Of a DNA stretch of 64,000 nucleotides, positions 17,709-26,593 are shown piece after piece. The DNA comes from a virus. The stretch lies in the IMG/VR virus record IMGVR_UViG_3300017992_000019, positions 1-64,000 of that record; one strand, given 5' to 3'. The position numbers were made by a program, and so were the translations under genes. The notes under the pieces were generated by a model. The model ran no database searches and was not told where the DNA came from. It saw nothing but the letters and a program-made list of their open reading frames with translations. Each line of letters starts with the position of its first letter. Within the stretch, counting starts at the first letter, position 1.

Positions 17709-20700
17709 ATGGGAAAGCAACGACGACAAGTTGACCCGACGCCGGCGCCGCAACCGGGGCCGAGGTCTCGAAAGCGGCGAGCTCGCGTTCCGGGCGAGCG
17801 AGGTGTCGCTCACCCGGTGATCAAGTCGATCGACACGCCGGCGCTTGACGACGGCGGCAAGCTCGCGCCGGCGAAAGGCAAGGGAGGAACACTCCTCGTC
17901 GAGGATCAGGAGGAGGTCACTTTCGCGCCGGTGATTTTCAAGGGCGAGTTTGAGGTCGTGAAACAGATCCGCAACGACGCCTCGAAAATCTTTGTATGCT
18001 TTCGATTGCCCGAGGCGATCCGCACAAAGCTCTCGGAGCTTTCAACCGCACTCGTGAAAGATCGCGCGGATCCCGAGGACGTCGATCACGTGACCTTGTT
18101 GTATGTGCCGAGCGACAAGGAGATCACCGAGGAGGTCGCAAGCAAGGCCGCGGCGGCGGCGAGAGACGCGCTCAAGAAATTCGAGCTCGGGCCGGTCAAG
18201 GCCCGGTTGCAGGGTTGGGGATATTTCGACGGCGCCGAGAAAGGCGAGGAGCGGAGCACCGCGCTCGTTGCTCTCCTTGACGCTCCCGGGTTGGCCGAGG
18301 TGCACCTCGTGCTCAAGGCCGCGCTCACCGAGGCCGGTCTCCCGGCCGACGAGCAGACACACGGGTTTGTTCCGCACGCGACGCTCGCATATCTCGAGGC
18401 CGGCGAGCGGATCGAGAATCTCCCGGAGCTCGGCGACGAGATCGTGATCAACGAGCTTGAGCTCGTGCACTCTGAGACCTACCGGATCCCGATCGGAGGC
18501 AAGGTCGAGAAATCGGATCCGCGTTCCGACACGCCGTGGGATCCCTCTCACCTCGAGGACCGAGCGAGCGAGCAACTTGTCGCTCGACATTGGGATTTGC
18601 ACCTCGAGTTTCGGCAACCCGGCCGGCCGACGAGTGCGCTTGTCAACGAGCACGCGCGGATCGTCGACGAGCTTTTCGGCCGCGGTGTGAAACATCCGGC
18701 ACCGCCCGACAACGGGCTCGACGATCTCTCGGAGGATTTCGAGGAGTATGAGAGCAAGCAACCCGACTGGACACGACCCATGCGACCAAAGATCCTCGAC
18801 GACCTCGAGAAACGGGTCGATCCGAATCCGGGAGTGTTTGCCTCGCCGGGAGGCAAGGCGCGGATCGCCGAGGCGCTTGTCAAGATGCTCCCGTCGCATT
18901 CAACCTATGTCGAGCCTTTTGCCGGAGGCGCCGCGGTGCTTTTCAAAAAGGAGCCGTGCGACGTCGAGGTGCTCAACGATCTCGACGAGTCGATCGTGCA
19001 AGCGTACAAAGACGTCAAGGCGATCACGAACGCCGAGCTCGAGCAACTCCGGGGCAAGGATTGGGTCGGCAAGCGTGCGACGTTCCGGCGACTGCACAAA
19101 TCGCAACCGAGCAACCGGGTCGAGCGGTTGTATAAATTCTTGTACGTCTCGTTTTTCTCCTACGGGTCGACGCGCGGCAAGGGATACAACCCGGTTCGCG
19201 ACGGCCGCAACCCGGTTGACACGATACTCGGCCGGATCGAGCGCGGCCGCAAGCGACTCAAGGGAGTGCGTCTCATGTGCGGCGACTACGCCGCGACGAT
19301 CAAAGCGCACGACAGCAAGGGAACGGTTTTCTTTCTCGATCCGCCGTATGCCGGTTATTGTGCCGACCTCGGCGAGGGCAAGTTCGACGAGGAGAAATTC
19401 GTCGAGACGCTCAAGAATCTCAAGGGCAAGTTTGTCTTGACCTACGGCGCGAGATCGAAACTCATGTCGAAACTTCGCGCGGCCGGATTCAAGATCAAGC
19501 GGATCGCGATCCCCCGCACCGGTCTCGGTCTCACGTCGCGCGACGAGAAAGGCGAACGCCGCACCGATCTCACGACGCTCGTTGTCTCGAATTTCGAGAC
19601 GACAAAAAAGGCCGCGGCCGGAGAGGAATTCCTCGTCGACGTGACCGACGGCGAGATCGTCGAGCTCGAGAAACGACTCGACCCGGAGGCGCCGCGGCGA
19701 TTCACGGTTCACCGACACTGGCGCGGCGGCGAGTCGCACGTTGACTTGAGGATCGAAAAGGGCAACCTCCTCGAGGGTTGGTCACTCGAGCAGAATCCGA
19801 CCAACGCGGAGCCCGTCGAGACACTCGCGGCCGCGCAGGAAATCGGCGGCGATTGGTTCCAACGGGAGGAGACCGCGGCCGTGCGAAAGGACTTGCACCC
19901 GCTCAAGTGGCTTGACGTCGAGGGCGTGACCAAGCGAGGCGAGGGCGGGCAGGATCCGATCGGCGGCAACTCGGAATTTCCGGGTGTGTTTCATATTGTC
20001 GAGAAAGGTCTCGCCGAAATCGGAGCGGTCAAGCCGTGGTTGCGCGAGTTTTGGTTGCACGGCGAGCTCGGCCGGTGCCGGTTGATTCTCAAGCAAGTCG
20101 CTTTTCCGATCGTGAAAGCACGACACTCGAGGTCGCGTTGCATGTTTGAAGGGTGCAAGCGAGCTCCCGAGGTCGACGTGTTGTGGGCCGACGGCCGCGG
20201 GCGCGCGTGGTTTTGCGAGGAGCACCTCGAGGCATGGAAACAGGGATTCAAGGATCGCGGTGTCGAGGGATATCTCGAGATCGTCGGTGAGAAAAAAGTC
20301 ACGACCGGAGAGGTGCCGGAGAAATGGGCCGACGTGCACAAGGGCGTCGACGTGGTCGTCGTGACCAAGGAGATCCCACCGAGCGAAATTGGATCGAGGT
20401 GGATCGCAACCCGGCCGGAGAATCCGATGCCGTATGTGCTCGGGCTTGACGCGGTCGAAAAGGGTTGGATCCCTCCGACCGGGATCTCCGCGCTCCCGGC
20501 CGGCGTCCGAAAACAGATCCCGGAGGCGTTCCGATATTGGGAAAAGGAGAACGCTCTCGAGACTCGCGATCGACTTGTCGAGGAGATCCAGGACGGCAAG
20601 ATCAAGGTCAACCTCACGAAACGGATCGACATGGTCGAGGCGCAACTCGAGGTTCCGATCCAGAAAGTCGACACCGACAAGCGACTCGTGACCGGCGTTG

Positions 20701-21014
20701 TGCTCGAGCCCGACGAGGTCGACGCACAAGGCGACACGATCGACGAGGAGGCGATCGAGCGAGCGGCGCATAATTTCCTCGCGAGGTACAACAAGGAAAC
20801 CGAGATCGGCAACCTACACAAGATTTTCGGGCAAAACGGTCTCGAGCTCGTCGAGAGTTGGATCGCGCCGGTCGATATGAAGCTCGGCAAGGGAAAAGTC
20901 AAACGCGGAACGTGGCTTATGACAATTCGCGTGCTCAACGATCACACGTGGCAACAGGTCAAGACAGGCGAGATCACGGGTCTCTCGATCGGCGGCACCG
21001 CGTCGGTTATATGA
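17709..21014 (+). CDS. Polyvalent protein: 2H phosphoesterase, His-rich domain, Dam-type N6-adenine MTase, LigD 3'-phosphoesterase-like domain, Zn finger, XkdF-like prohead protease
   Basis: HVTL/HATL; YVEPFAGG, NDLD, LDPPY; VHRHWRG..SHVDLRIE; CMFEGC..FCEEH; GVVLEPD..DAQGD, LVESWIAP, GTWLM, GLSIGG. Confidence 0.88.
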   Translation: MGKQRRQVDPTPAPQPGPRSRKRRARVPGERGVAHPVIKSIDTPALDDGGKLAPAKGKGGTLLVEDQEEVTFAPVIFKGEFEVVKQIRNDASKIFVCFRLPEAIRTKLSELSTALVKDRADPEDVDHVTLLYVPSDKEITEEVASKAAAAARDALKKFELGPVKARLQGWGYFDGAEKGEERSTALVALLDAPGLAEVHLVLKAALTEAGLPADEQTHGFVPHATLAYLEAGERIENLPELGDEIVINELELVHSETYRIPIGGKVEKSDPRSDTPWDPSHLEDRASEQLVARHWDLHLEFRQPGRPTSALVNEHARIVDELFGRGVKHPAPPDNGLDDLSEDFEEYESKQPDWTRPMRPKILDDLEKRVDPNPGVFASPGGKARIAEALVKMLPSHSTYVEPFAGGAAVLFKKEPCDVEVLNDLDESIVQAYKDVKAITNAELEQLRGKDWVGKRATFRRLHKSQPSNRVERLYKFLYVSFFSYGSTRGKGYNPVRDGRNPVDTILGRIERGRKRLKGVRLMCGDYAATIKAHDSKGTVFFLDPPYAGYCADLGEGKFDEEKFVETLKNLKGKFVLTYGARSKLMSKLRAAGFKIKRIAIPRTGLGLTSRDEKGERRTDLTTLVVSNFETTKKAAAGEEFLVDVTDGEIVELEKRLDPEAPRRFTVHRHWRGGESHVDLRIEKGNLLEGWSLEQNPTNAEPVETLAAAQEIGGDWFQREETAAVRKDLHPLKWLDVEGVTKRGEGGQDPIGGNSEFPGVFHIVEKGLAEIGAVKPWLREFWLHGELGRCRLILKQVAFPIVKARHSRSRCMFEGCKRAPEVDVLWADGRGRAWFCEEHLEAWKQGFKDRGVEGYLEIVGEKKVTTGEVPEKWADVHKGVDVVVVTKEIPPSEIGSRWIATRPENPMPYVLGLDAVEKGWIPPTGISALPAGVRKQIPEAFRYWEKENALETRDRLVEEIQDGKIKVNLTKRIDMVEAQLEVPIQKVDTDKRLVTGVVLEPDEVDAQGDTIDEEAIERAAHNFLARYNKETEIGNLHKIFGQNGLELVESWIAPVDMKLGKGKVKRGTWLMTIRVLNDHTWQQVKTGEITGLSIGGTASVI

Positions 21015-21241
21015 AAGGTCTTGACATGGGGCGTTCGACCTTGGCACAATTGCAGCAATCGAAAGGCGTTCGGCAGTCGGAGATCATGGCGAAATACGAC
21101 GAGAGCATTCAGGCGCGGAAATTTTACGGACAGGTGATCCTCACCTATGAGGACGGCAACCTTGTCAACGTGAAAGAAACGCGCAACCTGAAACCCGATC
21201 AACTCGTGCGGGTGCTCGGCGACAACAACGTCGACGTTTGA
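21011..21241 (+). CDS. Small DUF2292/YezD-like protein
   Basis: ATGA overlap with the polyprotein stop; FYGQVILTYEDGNLVNVKETRNLK pattern. Confidence 0.6.
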   Translation: MKGLDMGRSTLAQLQQSKGVRQSEIMAKYDESIQARKFYGQVILTYEDGNLVNVKETRNLKPDQLVRVLGDNNVDV

Positions 21242-21258
21242 GGTTTTGAAAAGCTAGA

Positions 21259-21312
21259 GGGTATCGGATCAACCGAGCCCCGATGTGTGCTCCGCGCATG
21301 TCGGGGCTTTTT
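21259..21312 (+). terminator. Intrinsic terminator with an overlapping alternative hairpin (attenuator-like)
   Basis: AGCCCCGA...TCGGGGCT+TTTT (21276-21312); competing GGG-TA-TCGG-ATCAA-CCGA-G-CCC (21259-21280). Confidence 0.7.
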
Positions 21313-21328
21313 GCGTTTTGAGGTTGCC

Positions 21329-22273
21329 ATGTCCGAAAAAGCAAAGCGACGGTTGCTTGAGGTTGAAGTTGACGAGGTTTCGCTCGTAGATCGAGCGGCC
21401 AATTTGAGACGGTTCCTAGTAATCAAACGACTGGAGGAAAAAGAAATGGGAGCTTTCAAAAAAGACGAGATCAAGAAAGGCGAGGAGATGACCGAGGAGG
21501 AAAAGAAGAAAGCCGAGGAGGCCAAGAAAGCCGAGGAGGCCAAGAAAGCCGAAGCGGTCAAGAAATCCGAGGAGGAGATCAAGGAGATCCTCAAGGCCAT
21601 GAACCCGGCCGCGGTTGCCGGGATGCTCCGCGGTCTCAAGGGCGCACCCAAGGAGGCGGTCGACGCTCTGATCCAGTGGGCCGAAGGTCAGGCGAAAAAG
21701 GCCGAGACCAAGAAGTCGGCCGACGGTGACGGCGACGATCCTCCCGCGGATCCTCCCGCGGATCCCCCGGCCGATCCCGAGCCGGCCGATCCCCCCGCGG
21801 ATCCCCCGGCCGATCCCGAGCCGGCCGAAGTCAAGAAAGCGGCCGTCGAGATCCACGACGACGGCACCGTGATCGTCAACGGCGCTCCGGTGGTCAAGGG
21901 CAAGACGTTCACCCCCTCGCGCAACAGCGCGATCAAGGAGGTGATCGGCAAGCTGATCAAGCTGGCCGGCGACGTCGGTGATTCCGAGACCCTCAAAGCG
22001 ATCGCCGACATGGTCAAGGAGCTCCCCGACGACGCGAATCCGGGACAAGGAGTCAAGGCCGTCGGCACGGCCGGAGGCGTCGCGCTCAAGAAAGCCGAGG
22101 AGGAGATCGAGAAACTTCGCAAGGAGCTCGACGAGGCCAAAGCGGAACGCGCCGACGTGACCAAACGACTCGACGAGATCGAAAAGACCCGCGAGCCGAG
22201 CAAGTCGGTCGACGGCGACGGCGGCACCGACAAAGAAACCATGAAAAAGGAGTTTTGGGACGGCGTGATCTAG
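21329..22273 (+). CDS. Capsid scaffolding protein with an N-terminal protease-like strand and C-terminal FWDGVI
   Basis: Directly before the capsid gene; E/K-rich coiled coils; EEAKKA and DPPA repeats; DEVSLVDRAAN; internal GGAGG plus ATG at 21446. Confidence 0.8.
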   Translation: MSEKAKRRLLEVEVDEVSLVDRAANLRRFLVIKRLEEKEMGAFKKDEIKKGEEMTEEEKKKAEEAKKAEEAKKAEAVKKSEEEIKEILKAMNPAAVAGMLRGLKGAPKEAVDALIQWAEGQAKKAETKKSADGDGDDPPADPPADPPADPEPADPPADPPADPEPAEVKKAAVEIHDDGTVIVNGAPVVKGKTFTPSRNSAIKEVIGKLIKLAGDVGDSETLKAIADMVKELPDDANPGQGVKAVGTAGGVALKKAEEEIEKLRKELDEAKAERADVTKRLDEIEKTREPSKSVDGDGGTDKETMKKEFWDGVI

Positions 22274-22353
22274 CACGTCGACCGGAGCTCTCTCAACCGA
22301 TCTAAGAAGTCAAAGGATCACTTTCGATCGAACCTTTCAAGGAGGAATCAGTC

Positions 22354-23562
22354 ATGCCCGAAAGAGTCTCAAACGAGGAGTTGGTGCAGAAAGCCCTGAT
22401 CGAGACCGGTGCGCTCTCGGCGGCCGGCAAACTCAACCCGGCGCAAGCCGACAAATTCATCGACTATGTTGTCGATGAGAGCGTGTTGAAAAACAACGCG
22501 CGCGTCGAGCGGTTCCGCAACGAGACGCTCGAGATCGACAAGATCGGGATCGGCCGGCGCGTCGCGTTGCCGAAAGCCGAAGCGGCCGACCCCGGTCTCC
22601 GGCGCGGGATCGAGACGAGCAAGATCGTGCTCGAGCCCCGGACCGTCGCGGTGCCTTTCGAGGTCTCCGACGAGTTCCTCGAAATCAATCTCGAGGGTCA
22701 GGCACTAGCCGACAAGATTGTGCAGCTTATGGCGCGCCAGTTTTCAAACGACCTCGAGGAGTTGTATTTGTTCGCCGACTCCCTCGGGCCGTCGATCGTC
22801 GAGAGCGACTATCGCTCGGGCGGATCGGCAACTCAGCACGTCAAAGACGAGTATCTCGGTCTCCTGCCAAGTCCGGGCGGGTGGTTGCGTCGTGCCGACT
22901 CCGGTCACGTCGTGGATCACGAGGGCGCAAACATCGGTCTGTCGGTGTTCGGCAAGATGCTCCGCAACATGCCGCAGAAATTCAGGCGCAACAAGGCCGC
23001 GCTCCGGTTTTTCATTGCGCCGGATCTTTCTCAGTTGTACGTCGAGAAACTGAGCACCCGGGCAACCGGTCTCGGCGACGCCTCGGCGGCGGGCGCCGAT
23101 CACCGGCCGTATGGTGTGCAGTTGGTCGAGGTGCCGTTGTTCTCGTTCCTGCCCAAGGTCGTCGAGCACGTGACCTTGACCAACGAGGATCCGATCGCGC
23201 TCCGGTACAAGCCGGTTCAGAATGAGGTCGTGACTCCGTCCGATCTCGCCGGCACCCCGACGACTCCGTATGTCGAGGGCACCGACTACAACATGGATTA
23301 TGCCAACGGGACGATCGCTCGCGACGCCGGAGGCTCGCTCCCGACGCCGGTCACCGTCAAGATCACTTACGAGGCGAATCCTCAACTGTTGCTCACGCAT
23401 CAGTCGAATTTCGTTCTCGGCATCGGGCGGGATATCAAGATCGAAAAGGATCGCGATATCTACCGCGGTGTCTGGTCTTACATGGTCACCGCAAAGGTTG
23501 CCGCGCAGTTCGAGGAAACCGATGCGTTGGTCAAGGGCGTCAACATCGGCCAGGGCGTGTAA
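22354..23562 (+). CDS. Major capsid protein (HK97 fold, XkdG/P2-like) with an extra beta-rich insertion
   Basis: GKLNPAQADKFI, IDKIGIGRR, MLRNMPQKFR, NFVLGIGRDIKIE; strong RBS. Confidence 0.9.
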   Translation: MPERVSNEELVQKALIETGALSAAGKLNPAQADKFIDYVVDESVLKNNARVERFRNETLEIDKIGIGRRVALPKAEAADPGLRRGIETSKIVLEPRTVAVPFEVSDEFLEINLEGQALADKIVQLMARQFSNDLEELYLFADSLGPSIVESDYRSGGSATQHVKDEYLGLLPSPGGWLRRADSGHVVDHEGANIGLSVFGKMLRNMPQKFRRNKAALRFFIAPDLSQLYVEKLSTRATGLGDASAAGADHRPYGVQLVEVPLFSFLPKVVEHVTLTNEDPIALRYKPVQNEVVTPSDLAGTPTTPYVEGTDYNMDYANGTIARDAGGSLPTPVTVKITYEANPQLLLTHQSNFVLGIGRDIKIEKDRDIYRGVWSYMVTAKVAAQFEETDALVKGVNIGQGV

Positions 23563-23680
23563 GCAAGCGCCAGTGATCGAGCGACGCTCACAGGAAACCC
23601 CCCGGCGAGTGCACGAATGAGGTGTGCTCGCCGTGGGTGTTCCGATTTCGGGCTATCGCTTGGGCAAGGAGGATCTCAAG

Positions 23681-24052
23681 ATGGCACGATCAAGAGTCAC
23701 ACTCAAAGAGGGTCGATCTTTTTCGACCGCGCGCCGGACTTTTTTGCTAGACCGGCCGGTGATCATCGGGAACGAAACCGAGATCGCCGAGCTCAAGGGG
23801 AACAGTCGTTTCGAGGTCGAGGATCTCGACTCCCCGGGTCCGGCAAAGCAGAAAGCGACCAAGCCTCCCCCGGCAAAACCGGAGACCAAGCCGGAGACCA
23901 AGCCGGAGGAGAAATCGGCGCCGACCTCGGGACCGATCACGACCTCGTCTCTCGCGAAGTCGACCGAGTCGACCTCGAAACCGGCGAAGTCGAAACCCGC
24001 GAAGCGGAGCAAGGCGAAGTCGGGCAAGAAAAAGTCAACCAAGAAAGGATAG
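23681..24052 (+). CDS. Small protein with a K/P/S-rich basic tail
   Basis: AGGAGG RBS; KPET/KPAKS repeats. Confidence 0.75.
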   Translation: MARSRVTLKEGRSFSTARRTFLLDRPVIIGNETEIAELKGNSRFEVEDLDSPGPAKQKATKPPPAKPETKPETKPEEKSAPTSGPITTSSLAKSTESTSKPAKSKPAKRSKAKSGKKKSTKKG

Positions 24053-24058
24053 GTCGAC

Positions 24059-24598
24059 ATGGCGCGAGTGAGAATCCAGGTTGCGGCCGGTCGACCTTTC
24101 CAGGTCGACGATTTCGGGCCCGAGGTGTCGCGCTCTCGAGAGGGCGCGATCTACTTCCGGCCGGGCGTGCTCACGGTCACGACCGAGGAGCTCGAGCACG
24201 TCCGGGCGAAGTATCCCGAGCACGGGGCCCGGATTCGGGTGCTCGGGTGGGTCAAGGAGGCCGGTGTCGCGGGTGACACCCCCCGGGAGACACCGTCTCC
24301 CGGCCGGCCGGCTGAAAAGCCCCAGGAGGCGCCCGAGGCGCCGGCCGCGGGCGAGGAGCCGGGCAAGACCGAGGAGCCGTCGGAGACGGCCGGAGACGCC
24401 TCGACAGGGGCAAAACAGGCGCCCGAGGCGCCAGAAACAGCCGAAAAGCCGAGCTCGAGCACCGAGGAGGCACCACCGGTCGGCGAGGCCGGCACCGGCG
24501 AGTCGAAACCCGACTCGGCCGAGGAGGCCGACAAGGGCAAGGGCAAGGAGAGCGGCAAGGGAAAGCGCAAGCGTAGGAGCAAGAAAAAGTCGAGTTGA
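24059..24598 (+). CDS. Protein with an E/P/A-rich linker and basic C-terminus
   Basis: In operon; ends KRKRRSKKKSS. Confidence 0.75.
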   Translation: MARVRIQVAAGRPFQVDDFGPEVSRSREGAIYFRPGVLTVTTEELEHVRAKYPEHGARIRVLGWVKEAGVAGDTPRETPSPGRPAEKPQEAPEAPAAGEEPGKTEEPSETAGDASTGAKQAPEAPETAEKPSSSTEEAPPVGEAGTGESKPDSAEEADKGKGKESGKGKRKRRSKKKSS

Positions 24599-24997
24599 TT
24601 GCGACCTCGTTTGGCGGTGCTCAAGAGGAGTCGCGCATTGTTACGGGTACACACATGCGACGGTTTGACCTCAACATTTGACCTCGAGGACAAGGAGCAA
24701 GCGGAGCGGTGGTTGCAATTGTTGAAAGATCCAAAGTTCCAAGAGTCGATCACGGGATTGACGATCTCGCACCGCGGGGTTTTGTTTTCTCTGTCGAGGC
24801 CGCAAGGATTCCAGCGTCAATTTTATTTCGCCGAAAGGGTCGAACCCGTCCCTCAGAAAAAGATAAAGGGGGGCGAGCGCCTCCTGTGCTATGCCGACGA
24901 CGTCCGAGTCGGTCTCATGGTGCACGAAGCGCAACGAGCGGTTCGAGTAACACTCAACAAAACCGGACGACAAAGGTTCAACCCTTTCTTACGATAG
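24599..24997 (+). CDS. Hypothetical protein
   Basis: Fills the operon gap; TTG start uncertain. Confidence 0.6.
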   Translation: MRPRLAVLKRSRALLRVHTCDGLTSTFDLEDKEQAERWLQLLKDPKFQESITGLTISHRGVLFSLSRPQGFQRQFYFAERVEPVPQKKIKGGERLLCYADDVRVGLMVHEAQRAVRVTLNKTGRQRFNPFLR

Positions 24998-25007
24998 GAG
25001 GTTTCAA

Positions 25008-26534
25008 ATGACAGTTTCCTTGCAACGTGTGGATCAGATCCACAAACCGGACAACTTCGACGATTCCCTCAACGCCGCGTCGGTCGCGGGCATCGAAGGG
25101 TCGGCGGTCGACTATGCCGATTTCGTGACCGGTATTCTCTCGCAGATCAAGAGGATCATTCACGGGAGCGCGGCCGGCAATTGGCACGATGACATTGAGA
25201 GTGCGGCCGACTCAATGGTCGACCTCTACAACCGGGCGACACTCGAGGGCAAGAACATCCTTGTAAATCGCCTCAACCTCAACGACGTCTCGGTGCCGGC
25301 GACGCAAAACTACGTCGCCTTGACTGGCACCGGCAAGCCCGACAAGAACATTGCGATCTCGGTTTCCAATCAAGGAGCCGTGACCGCGCAACTCGCCGGC
25401 GCGATCGGGTCGCACAGTCTCGACGAGATTTCCGGGTCGAATGCGCTCCGGCCAAAGAGTCTCGTCGCGGTTTTCGACGGATCGACAGGAGATCCGATCC
25501 TGTCCTCCGGCCGTCGGGTATGGGCTTTGTTGCAGGTCGGATCGGCCGCGACCGACGGAAATGCGTTCGGCGACACCGGCAACGATCAGGGTCAACTCTC
25601 ATTCGTGAGAGCAAACTCGACCTACGCCGATCTTGAGGCGTGTCCGGTCGCGGATATCGAAAGCACCGATATCGTGTATGCGTTCACGTGGCGCGACGAT
25701 CTCAACGACATGCCCGAGGAGTTTTTCCGGGGCGATATCGAAAGCGCGGATCCTCAGTCCGGCGTCGTGGTATCCCTCGACTCGGCATACGACGGCGGGC
25801 AATACATGGAGGTCGACGGCAACGACGTCGACATTCGTCTAGCCGACACGAAATCGTGGATCTTCCGCAACGGCGCGGCGGGACAGATCATCTTTCAGTT
25901 GACCCGCAACGACACGACCGGCGACACCCTCACGCTCACCCTCGACGGTCTCGACGTCAACGTGCCGTCGGGGCAAACGAGTTTCTCGCAGGGGATCGTG
26001 GTCGACGACGACGATCAGGATATCAACATCGGCGTGACTCAGGGAGAGATCGACTCGACCGCGCTCACCGTCGAAGCAACCGCGGGCGACTTGCTCGCGA
26101 AAGCCTCGGCCGACGTGAAATTCCAGACCGTGCGCGAAACGACCGCGTTGCCTCTCGACGACGCGACGACCGGCGCGATCTCCGGCGTGGGATCCGGGAG
26201 TCATGCGTCGATCGCGGCCGCGATCAAGGATGCTTACGAAAACGGCGGCGTCGATCTGACTCTCAAGATCACCGTGCTCGCGAGCAACTACGGGCAAGGC
26301 GTCAACATCCCGGGAGCGATTCAGGATATCACGGCGAATCCGATCGACATGACCTCCCCGTCGACGGTCGAGCAACTTGTGTTCCTCAACGGGCGCCTCT
26401 TGCACGGCGGCAGCGTCACAACCAAAAACGACGTTTATGTCGGCGACACTCCGGGGTCGGGCGACATAAAGGTCGATTTCCCGAAGGGAGTAAAATCGGG
26501 CGACGTGATCATTTCGGCGGTATTGGCGCAGTAA
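25008..26534 (+). CDS. Putative virion structural (head fibre or decoration) protein
   Basis: G/S/T/D-rich beta composition; C-terminal VFLNG...SGDVI module. Confidence 0.7.
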   Translation: MTVSLQRVDQIHKPDNFDDSLNAASVAGIEGSAVDYADFVTGILSQIKRIIHGSAAGNWHDDIESAADSMVDLYNRATLEGKNILVNRLNLNDVSVPATQNYVALTGTGKPDKNIAISVSNQGAVTAQLAGAIGSHSLDEISGSNALRPKSLVAVFDGSTGDPILSSGRRVWALLQVGSAATDGNAFGDTGNDQGQLSFVRANSTYADLEACPVADIESTDIVYAFTWRDDLNDMPEEFFRGDIESADPQSGVVVSLDSAYDGGQYMEVDGNDVDIRLADTKSWIFRNGAAGQIIFQLTRNDTTGDTLTLTLDGLDVNVPSGQTSFSQGIVVDDDDQDINIGVTQGEIDSTALTVEATAGDLLAKASADVKFQTVRETTALPLDDATTGAISGVGSGSHASIAAAIKDAYENGGVDLTLKITVLASNYGQGVNIPGAIQDITANPIDMTSPSTVEQLVFLNGRLLHGGSVTTKNDVYVGDTPGSGDIKVDFPKGVKSGDVIISAVLAQ

Positions 26535-26593
26535 ACCGATAACCTTTTGACGCGATTGGCTCTCTTGAGAGAGCTCAAGCGAGAGGTGGAATC

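Noticed and set aside
21042-21054. TGGCACAATTGCA as a sigma54 promoter
   Set aside because: GG-to-GC spacing is 7 rather than the required 10, and it lies inside a CDS.
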